Positions 21,801 through 33,800 of a stretch of DNA of 64,000 bases are shown here, piece by piece. The notes under the pieces were generated by a model. It was not told the DNA's origin, did not search any database, and worked only from the letters and a program-made list of their open reading frames with translations. The translations under genes and the position numbers were made by a program. The DNA is from Nemertoderma westbladi (Eukaryota; Animalia; Xenacoelomorpha): positions 8,254-72,253 of the forward strand of contig JAUCBJ010001772.1 of NCBI GenBank assembly GCA_032718475.1. The letters are read 5' to 3'. Every line of letters begins with the position of its first letter. The first letter of the stretch is position 1.

Positions 21801-24800
21801 TAGCAGTGATGCACTACAACTCTACTCACTTGACTATCTCCTCCGGGTAGCAGATATTTATATCAGTGATGTACTACAACTCTACTCACTTGACTATCTC
21901 CTCTGGGTAGCAGTTATTTATAGCAGTGATGTACTACAACTCTACTCACTTGACTATCTCCTCTGGGTAGCAGTTATTTATATCAGTGATGCACTACAAC
22001 TCTACTCACTTGACTATCTCCTCTGGGTAGCAGTTATTTATAGCAGTGATGCACTAAACTCTACTCACTTGACTATCTCCTCTGGGTAGCAGTTATTTAT
22101 ATCAGTGATGCACTAAACGCTACTCACTTGACTATCTCCTCCGGGTAGCAGTTATTTATATCAGTGATGCACTACAACTCTACTCACTTGACTATCTCCT
22201 CTGGGTAGCAGTTATTTATAGCAGTGATGTACTACAACTCTACTCACTTGACTATCTCCTCTGGGTAGCAGTTATTTATATCAGTGATGCACTAAACGCT
22301 ACTCACTTGACTATCTCCTCCGGGTAGCAGTTATTTATATCAGTGATGCACTACAACTCTACTCACTTGACTATCTCCTCTGGGTAGCAGTTATTTATAG
22401 CAGTGATGTACTACAACTCTACTCACTTGACTATCTCCTCTGGGTAGCAGTTATTTATATCAGTGATGCACTAAACGCTACTCACTTGACTATCCCCTCC
22501 GGGTAGCAGTTATTTATATCAGTGATGCACTACAACTCTACTCACTTGACTATCTCCTCTGGGTAGCAGTTATTTATAGCAGTGATGCACTACAACTCTA
22601 CTCACTTGACTATCTCCTCTGGGTAGCAGTTATTTATATCAGTGATGCACTACAACTCTACTCACTTGACTATCTCCTCTGGGTAGCAGTTATTTATATC
22701 AGTGATGCACTACAACTCTACTCACTTGACTATCTCCTCTGGGTAGCAGATATTTATATCAGTGATGTACTACAACTCTACTCACTTGACTATCTCCTCT
22801 GGGTAGCAGTTATTTATAGCAGTGATGCACTACAACTCTACTCACTTGACTATCTCCTCTGGGTAGCAGTTATTTATATCAGTGATGCACTACAACTCTA
22901 CTCACTTGACTATCTCCTCTGGGTAGCAGTTATTTATATCAGTGATGCACTAAACTCTACTCACTTGACTATCTCCTCTGGGTAGCAGTTATTTATATCA
23001 GTGATGTACTACAACTCTACTCACTTGACTATCTCCTCTGGGTAGCAGTTATTTATATCAGTGATGCACTAAACGCTACTCACTTGACTATCTCCTCCGG
23101 GTAGCAGTTATTTATATCAGTGATGCACTACAACTCTACTCACTTGACTATCTCCTCTGGGTAGCAGTTATTTATAGCAGTGATGCACTAAACTCTACTC
23201 ACTTGACTATCTCCTCTGGGTAGCAGTTATTTATATCAGTGATGCACTAAACGCTACTCACTTGACTATCTCCTCCGGGTAGCAGTTATTTATATCAGTG
23301 ATGCACTACAACTCTACTCACTTGACTATCTCCTCTGGGTAGCAGTTATTTATAGCAGTGATGTACTACAACTCTACTCACTTGACTATATCCTCTGGGT
23401 AGCAGATATTTATATCAGTGATGTACTAAACTCTACTCACTTGACTATATCCTCTGGGTAGCAGATATTTATATCAGTGATGTACTACAACTCTACTCAC
23501 TTGACTATCTCCTCTGGGTAGCAGTTATTTATAGCAGTGATGTACTACAACTCTACTCACTTGACTATCTCCTCTACTGGGTAGCAGTTATTTATAGCAG
23601 TGATGCACTACAACTCTACTCACTTGACTATCTCCTCCGGGTAGCAGATATTTATATCAGTGATGTACTACAACTCTACTCACTTGACTATCTCCTCTGG
23701 GTAGCAGTTATTTATATCAGTGATGTACTACAACTCTACTCATTGACTATCTCCTCCGGGTAGCAGTTATTTATATCAGTGATGCACTACAACTCTACTC
23801 ACTTGACTATCTCCTCTACTGGGTAGCAGTTATTTATAGCAGTGATGCACTACAACTCTACTCACTTGACTATCTCCTCCGGGTAGCAGATATTTATATC
23901 AGTGATGTACTACAACTCTACTCACTTGACTATCTCCTCTGGGTAGCAGTTATTTATAGCAGTGATGTACTACAACTCTACTCACTTGACTATCTCCTCT
24001 GGGTAGCAGTTATTTATATCAGTGATGCACTACAACTCTACTCACTTGACTATCTCCTCTGGGTAGCAGTTATTTATAGCAGTGATGCACTAAACTCTAC
24101 TCACTTGACTATCTCCTCTGGGTAGCAGTTATTTATATCAGTGATGCACTAAACGCTACTCACTTGACTATCTCCTCCGGGTAGCAGTTATTTATATCAG
24201 TGATGCACTACAACTCTACTCACTTGACTATCTCCTCTGGGTAGCAGTTATTTATAGCAGTGATGTACTACAACTCTACTCACTTGACTATCTCCTCTGG
24301 GTAGCAGTTATTTATATCAGTGATGCACTAAACGCTACTCACTTGACTATCTCCTCCGGGTAGCAGTTATTTATATCAGTGATGCACTACAACTCTACTC
24401 ACTTGACTATCTCCTCTGGGTAGCAGTTATTTATAGCAGTGATGTACTACAACTCTACTCACTTGACTATCTCCTCTGGGTAGCAGTTATTTATATCAGT
24501 GATGCACTAAACGCTACTCACTTGACTATCCCCTCCGGGTAGCAGTTATTTATATCAGTGATGCACTACAACTCTACTCACTTGACTATCTCCTCTGGGT
24601 AGCAGTTATTTATAGCAGTGATGCACTACAACTCTACTCACTTGACTATCTCCTCTGGGTAGCAGTTATTTATATCAGTGATGCACTACAACTCTACTCA
24701 CTTGACTATCTCCTCTGGGTAGCAGTTATTTATATCAGTGATGCACTACAACTCTACTCACTTGACTATCTCCTCTGGGTAGCAGATATTTATATCAGTG

Positions 24801-27800
24801 ATGTACTACAACTCTACTCACTTGACTATCTCCTCTGGGTAGCAGTTATTTATAGCAGTGATGCACTACAACTCTACTCACTTGACTATCTCCTCTGGGT
24901 AGCAGTTATTTATATCAGTGATGCACTACAACTCTACTCACTTGACTATCTCCTCTGGGTAGCAGTTATTTATATCAGTGATGCACTAAACTCTACTCAC
25001 TTGACTATCTCCTCTGGGTAGCAGTTATTTATATCAGTGATGTACTACAACTCTACTCACTTGACTATCTCCTCTGGGTAGCAGTTATTTATATCAGTGA
25101 TGCACTAAACGCTACTCACTTGACTATCTCCTCCGGGTAGCAGTTATTTATATCAGTGATGCACTACAACTCTACTCACTTGACTATCTCCTCTGGGTAG
25201 CAGTTATTTATAGCAGTGATGCACTACAACTCTACTCACTTGACTATCTCCTCTGGGTAGCAGTTATTTATATCAGTGATGCACTACAACTCTACTCACT
25301 TGACTATCTCCTCTGGGTAGCAGTTATTTATAGCAGTGATGCACTACAACTCTACTCACTTGACTATCTCCTCTGGGTAGCAGTTATTTATATCAGTGAT
25401 GCACTACAACTCTACTCACTTGACTATCTCCTCTACTGGGTAGCAGTTATTTATAGCAGTGATGTACTACAACTCTACTCACTTGACTATCTCCTCTGGG
25501 TAGCAGTTATTTATATCAGTGATGCACTAAACTCTACTCATTGACTATCTCCTCTGGGTAGCAGTTATTTATATCAGTGATGCACTACAACTCTACTCAC
25601 TTGACTATCTCCTCTGGGTAGCAGTTATTTATAGCAGTGATGCACTACAACTCTACTCACTTGACTATCTCCTCTGGGTAGCAGTTATTTATATCAGTGA
25701 TGCACTAAACTCTACTCATTGACTATCTCCTCTGGGTAGCGATTATTTATATCAGTGATGCACTACAACTCTACTCACTTGACTATCTCCTCTGGGTAGC
25801 AGTTATTTATAGCAGTGATGCACTACAACTCTACTCACTTGACTATCTCCTCTGGGTAGCAGTTATTTATATCAGTGATGCACTACAACTCTACTCACTT
25901 GACTATCTCCTCTGGGTAGCAGTTATTTATATCAGTGATGCACTAAACTCTACTCACTTGACTATCTCCTCTGGGTAGCAGTTATTTATATCAGTGATGC
26001 ACTACAACTCTACTCACTTGACTATCTCCTCTGGGTAGCAGTTATTTATAGCAGTGATGCACTACAACTCTACTCACTTGACTATCTCCTCTGGGTAGCA
26101 GTTATTTATATCAGTGATGCACTACAACTCTACTCACTTGACTATCTCCTCCGGGTAGCAGTTACTTATATCAGTGATGCACTACAACTCTACTCACTTG
26201 ACTATCTCCTCTGGGTAGCAGTTATTTATAGCAGTGATGCACTACAACTCTACTCACTTGACTATCTCCTCTGGGTAGCAGTTATTTATAGCAGTGATGC
26301 ACTACAACTCTACTCACTTGACTATCTCCTCTGGGTAGCAGTTATTTATATCAGTGATGCACTACAACTCTACTCACTTGACTATCTCCTCTGGGTAGCA
26401 GTTATTTATAGCAGTGATGTACTCAGCCAGAGCGCTCCCCGGCTCAGAGTTGATTTCCTGGACTTTCTTCAGACCCCCGCTGGTAACAAATAGCCGTCTC
26501 GCCTTTGGATCGTGTGGCAATACCTGCATTTATTATTATATAAGGGTGAGTTTTACATCTATAATAAATTTTTGTGAGACGAAGTTCTAGTGGGACATGG
26601 TTTCCTCGTGTTTCGCGCTGTTATGTACAGACAGACCGTTCTATATAATGTATTGTGTGTCAGGTAATCATCTGGGGTGAGCCACGCACCTTGCTGAACT
26701 GTGCGACAACGTGTTTGAGTATATTAGGAGGGGCGTCCCGTAACAATGGCTCCAGAGAAGGTAAGTGGACGCACTTCTGTAAAATATTCTTCAACGCCGT
26801 CTTTGACTTCTCCTATAAAACATACAAATACATATGTAGCAACAATTTAATTATTATTCTATTTTATGAACTATATTGAAAGAATAGGAATAAAATACAA
26901 TTTCCATTAATTTAATTGCTCATTACTTTTCTAGGTAAAGAAAATTCGTGTTGTAACAGTTAAGGATTTTATTGAATTCATTTTAAGGGATTTTAATATT
27001 CGCTGCTTTCAAACTACTCATAAATTTACGACTGAAAATTATAGAGATTTGATGCAAACGATTTTTTAAGCATACATAATTGCACAGCAGACAAACCCAT
27101 ATAAATAATACCATGTAAGGCAGCTAGTTGAGTTAAAGCAGTAAGCATTGTCGTCAGCGAATGACAACAGATTATTCTAAAAATGGAAAATATAAAAAAA
27201 AATTAAAATAGAAAACTAACTACAGTTTCTAACAATCTGGCGCATTTTAATTAAAAAAAAAAAAAAAAAAACACGGGACGTTATAGGAACCCTGTCGTTA
27301 GAGCCTCGGTTTTTCAATCGGAAGGTGGTGATTTCGAGTCCCACCATGGAGCAGTTAACTATAAGGAACTAGCTTCAGCCTCCCTAGCTGTGGTGGCTGG
27401 AATATGTTAGGGGAGTAAAAAATTGTTACATAATGAGAGTATTGGACCTTGGGAGTTGGTGTGGCACCATCCCTGCCTTACAGGTATCGGCCAAGAGAGA
27501 GGAGTTTATGTGTTTCAGTTCACCAATAACTATACGTTACTGGTTGCCAAGTAACCTAGACGGGTTGCTTAGCGACCTACCTGCAGATCCTCCGATGCGT
27601 CCGCCCGTAGGTAGCACGCCAGTAACCTAGGCAACACGTTAGCGGCGGCCACGGCCTTGGCGTGTTCCGGAGTATGGCGACCGATCTGTCCGAGCCCCCA
27701 AGCGGCCGATCCCTGAACATGGTCTTCAGTCTCCTCCATTAGGGTAATGGCGAGTTGTTGGACGCCCTGGAAATGATTTCACATTGCAAATAACCAAAAC

Positions 27801-30800
27801 AATAAACACCATCGACCTTACATATTAGCAAACTTACCTTCGATAAAATAAACTTACCTTAGATACAATAAACTAACCCTAGATACAATAAACTTACCTT
27901 AGATACAATAAACTTACCTTAGATACAATAAACTTACCATAGAATAAATAAACTTACCTTAGATACAATAAACTTACCTTAGATACAATAAACTTACCTT
28001 AGATACAATAAACGTACCTTAGATACAATAAACTTACCTTAGATACAATAAACTTACCTTAGATACAATAAACTTACCTTAGATACAATAAACTTACCTT
28101 AGATACAATAAACTTACCTTAGATACAATAAACTTACCTTAGATACAATAAACTTACCTAGATACAATAAACTTACCTTAGATACAATAAACTTACCTTA
28201 GATACAATAAACTTACCGTAGATACAATAAACTTACCTTAGATACAATAAACTTACCTTAGATACAATAAACTTACTTTAGATACAATAAACTTACCTTG
28301 GATAAAATAAACTTACCTTAGATACAATAAAGTTACCTTAGATACAATAAACTTACCTTAGATACAATAAACTTACCTTAGATACAATAAACTTACCTTA
28401 GATACAATAAACTTACTTTAGATACAATAACCTTACCTTAGATACAATAAACTTACCCTAGATACAATAAAGTTACCTTAGATACAATAAACTTACCTTA
28501 GATACAATAAACTTACCTTAGATACAATAAACTTACCTTAGATACAATAAACTTACTTTAGATACAATAAACTTACCTTAGATACAATAAACTTACCTTA
28601 GATACAATAAACTTACCTTAGATACAATAAACTTACCTTAGATACAATAAACTTACATTAGATACAATAAACTTAACTTAGATACAATAAACTTACCTTA
28701 GATACAATAACTTACCTTAGATACAATAAACTTACCTTAGATACAATAACTTACCTTAGATACAATAAACTTACCATAGAATGAATAAACTTACCTTAGA
28801 TACAATAAACTTACCTTAGATACAATAACTTACCTTAGATACAATAAACTTACCATAGAATGAATAAACTTACCTTAGATACAATAAACTTACCTTAGAT
28901 ACAATAAACCTCCCATAGAATAAATAAACTTACCTTAGATACAATAAACTTACCTTAGATACAATAAACTTACCATCGAATAAATAAACTTACCTTAGAT
29001 ACAATAAACTTACCATAGAATAAATAAACTTACCTTAGATACAATAAACTTACCTTAGATACAATAAACTTACCTTAGATACAATAAACTTACCTTAGAT
29101 ACAATAACTTACCTTAGATACAATAAACTTACTTTAGATACAATAAACTTACCTTAGATACAATAAACTTACCTTAGATACAATAAACTTACCTTAGATA
29201 CAATAAACTTACCTTAGATACAATAAACTTACATTAGATACAATAAACTTACCTTAGATACAATAAACTTACCTTAGATACAATAACTTACCTTAGATAC
29301 AATAAACTTACCTTAGATACAATAACTTACCATAGAATCAATAAACTTACCTTAGATACAATAAACTCACCTTAGATACAATAACTTACCTTAGATACAA
29401 TAAACTTACCATAGAATGAATAAACTTACCTTAGATACAATAAACTTACCTTAGATACAATAAACTTACCATAGAATAAATAAACTTACCTTAGATACAA
29501 TAAACTTACCATAGAATAAATAAACTTACCTTAGATACAATAAACTTACCTTAGATACAATAAACTTACTTTAGATACAATAAACTTACCCTAGATACAA
29601 TAAAGTTACCTTAGATACAATAAACTTACCTTAGATACAATAAACTTACCCTAGATACAATAAAGTTACCTTAGATACAATAACTTACCTTAGATACAAT
29701 AAACTTACCATAGAATGAATAAACTTACCTTAGATACAATAAACTTACCTTAGATACAATAAACTTACCTTAGATACAATAAACGTACCTTAGATACAAT
29801 AAACTTACGATAGAATAAATAAACTTACCTTAGATACAATAAACTTACCTTAGATACAATTAACTTACCTTAGATACAATAAACTTACCTTAGAGAAAAT
29901 AAACTTACCTTGATATACAATAAACTTACCTTAGATACAATAAACGTACCTTAGATACAATAAAGTTACCTTAGATACAATAAACTTACCTTAGATACAA
30001 TAAACTTACCCTAGATACAATAAAGTTACCTTAGATACAATAACTTACCTTAGATACAATAAACTTACCATAGAATGAATAAACTTACCTTAGATACAAT
30101 AAACTTACCTTAGATACAATAAACTTACCTTAGATACAATAAACGTACCTTAGATACAATAAACTTACGATAGAATAAATAAACTTACCTTAGATACAAT
30201 AAACTTACCTTAGATACAATTAACTTACCTTAGATACAATAAACTTACCTTAGAGAAAATAAACTTACCTTGATATACAATAAACTTACCTTAGATACAA
30301 TAAACGTACCTTAGATACAATAAACTTACCTTAGATACAATAAACTTACCTTAGATACAATAAACTTACCTTAGATACAATAAACTTACCCTAGATACAA
30401 TAAACTTACCTTAGATACAATAAACTTACCTTAGATACAATAAACGTACCTTAGATACAATAAACTTACCATAGAATAAATAAACTTACCTTAGATACAA
30501 TAAACTTACCTTTACAATTAACTTACCTTAGATACAATAAACGTACCTTAGATACAATAAACTTACCATAGAATAAATAAACTTACCTTAGATGCAATAA
30601 ACTTACCTTAGATACAATTAACTTACCTTAGATACAATAAACTTACCTTAGAGACAATAAACTTACCTTGAGATACAATAAACTTTCCTTAGATACAATA
30701 AACTTACCATAGAATAAATAAACTTACCTTAGATACAATAAACTTACCATAGAATAAATAAACTTACCTTAGATACAATAAACTTACCATAGAATAAATA

Positions 30801-33800
30801 AACTTACCTTAGATACAATAAACTTACCATAGAATAAATAAACTTACCTGAGATACAATAAACTTACCTTAGATACAATAAACTTACATTAGATACAATA
30901 AACTTACCTTAGATACAATAAACTTACCATAGAATAAATAAACTTACCTTAGATACAATAAACTTACCATAGAATAAATAAACTTACCTTAGATACAATA
31001 AACTTACCTTAGATACAATAAACTTACATTAGATACAATAAACTTACCTTAGATACAATAAACTTACCATAGAATAAATAAACTTACCTTAGATACAATA
31101 AACTTACCATAGAATAAATAAACTTACCTTAGATACAATAAACTTACCTTAGATACAATAAACTTACCTTAGATACAATAAACTTACCTTAGATACAATA
31201 AACTTACTTTAGATACAATAAACTTACCCTAGATACAATAAAGTTACCTTAGATACAATAAACTTACCTTAGATACAATAAACTTACCCTAGATACAATA
31301 AAGTTACCTTAGATACAATAACTTACCTTAGATACAATAAACTTACCTTATATACAATAAACTTACCTTAGATACAATAAACGTACCTTAGATACAATTA
31401 ACTTACCTTAGATACAATAAACTTACCCTAGATACAATAAAGTTACCTTAGATACAATAACTTACCTTAGATACAATAAACTTACCTTGGATACAATAAA
31501 CTTACCTTTGATACAATAAACTTACCTTAGATACAATAAACTTACCACAGAATAAATAAACTTACCACAGAATAAATAAACTTACCTTAGATACAATTAA
31601 CTTACCTTAGATACAATAAACTTACCATAGAATAAATAAACTTACCTTAGATACAATAAACTTACCATAGAATAAATAAACTTACTATTAGATACAATAA
31701 ACTTACCTTAGATACAATAAACTTACCTTAGATACAATTAACTTACCTTAGATACAATAAACTTACCTTAGATACAATTAACTTACCTTAGATACAATAA
31801 ACTTACCATAGAATAAATAAACTTACCTTAGATACAATAAACTTACCATAGAATAAATAAACTTACTTTTAGATACAATAAACTTACCTTAGATACAATT
31901 AACTTACCTTAGATACAATTAACTTACCTTAGATACAATAAACTTACCTTAGAGACAATAAACTTACCTTGAGATACAATAAACTTACCTTAGATACAAT
32001 AAACTTACCATAGAATAAATAAACTTACCTTAGATACAATAAACTTACCTTAGATACAATAAACTTACCTTAGATACAATAAACTTACCTTAGATACAAT
32101 AAACTTACCTTAGAATAAATAAACTTACCTTAGATACAATAAACTTACCTTGGATACAATAAACTTACCTTTGATACAATAAACTTACCTTAGATACAAT
32201 AAACTTACCACAGAATAAATAAACTTACCACAGAATAAATAAACTTACCACAGAATAAATAAACTTACCTTAGATACAATAAACTTACCTTAGATACAAT
32301 TAACTTACTTTAGATACAATAAACTTACCTTAGAGACAATAAACTTACCTTGAGATACAATAAACTTACCTTAGATACAATAAACTTACCATAGAATAAA
32401 TAAACTTACCTTAGATACAATAAACTTACCTTAGATACAATAAACTTACCTTAGATACAATAAACTTACCTTAGATACAATAAACTTACCTTAGATACAA
32501 TAAACTTACCTTAGATACAATAAACTTACCTTAGATACAATAAACTTACCTTAGAAACAATAAACGTACCTTAGATACAATAAACTTACCATAGAATAAA
32601 TAAACTTACCTTAGATACAATAAACTTACCTTAGATACAATAAACTTACCTTAGATACAATAAACTTACCATAGAATAAATAAACTTACCTTAGATACAA
32701 TAAACTTACCATAGAATAAATAAACTTACCTTAGATACAATAAACTTACCTTAGATACAATAAACTTACCTTAGATACAATTAACTTACCTTAGATACAA
32801 TAAACTTACCTTAGATACAATAAACTTACCCTAGATACAATAAAGTTACCTTAGATACAATAAACTTACCTTAGATACAATACACTTACCATAGATACAA
32901 TAAATTACCTTAGATTCAATAAACTTACTTTAGATACAATAACAGCCATGGATAGATTCTCAGAGTGAGCGGCTACGTATCCTAGCAACATGACTCCCGG
33001 CAACCTTACGTTGCCCTTGGTGTCTCCTATGAAGTCTACGATAGCGGCCACCCCTCCCGCGTTAACGACTAGTTGGGCCAACTCCGGTGTGTGTTTAGCA
33101 ATCTCTCGGATGAGCGTAGCGACGTTCTTCTTAACGTAGTCGTCCGGGTCTCTCAGACAGGTCAGTACGGCCGGGAAGATCTCGGCCTCCACCACCATCT
33201 CGGCTAGGTCTACCGAATGTTTGGCGATCTGCGACAGCGCTGAGAAAACTTGGCGCTGAAATGGGAGACAGAAATATTAACGGATTAGAGGATATGGAGA
33301 CTTAATATATTATCAACACATATGAGAGTTTCGGTGGTAAACTATTAATTGCAATGAGTAAATTAGGACGTATTTATTAGTTATACTGTAGGTGTATAAA
33401 GTTAAAGTTCATAAATAACATAAAGTAATTTTCTTTATTGTTTGTCAATTTATTCAGAATGTTAATTAATCAATTTCTCAAGTAAATAATATAGAAAACA
33501 AATAGCATTTTTCCTTACGATGCCTCGAAGTATAATTAACTTCGATCGTTACGCTCGCGTAGCAGAAGCTGCGGGAATATCAGCCATTCTAAGGAAAATA
33601 AGTTCCCTTTATTTCACTTCCTTCCATATATTTCTAGGAAAGTCCAATAATACTTATTCCTGAATCATCGCTTATAAAATAATATATATTATTAATATTA
33701 ATATTATAGTACGGAATAATATTATTAAGATACAACGATTAGGCCTACACAGTGAAACATAATTACAAAACGCTTCTCATGAAAAAGTAATTAATTATCT

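Noticed and set aside
16261-26377. 60-bp units as an array of functional mutually exclusive coding exons (Dscam-like)
   Set aside because: The 44-nt pieces are not frame-preserving, are nearly identical, and are separated by only 16 nt with no branch point or pyrimidine tract.
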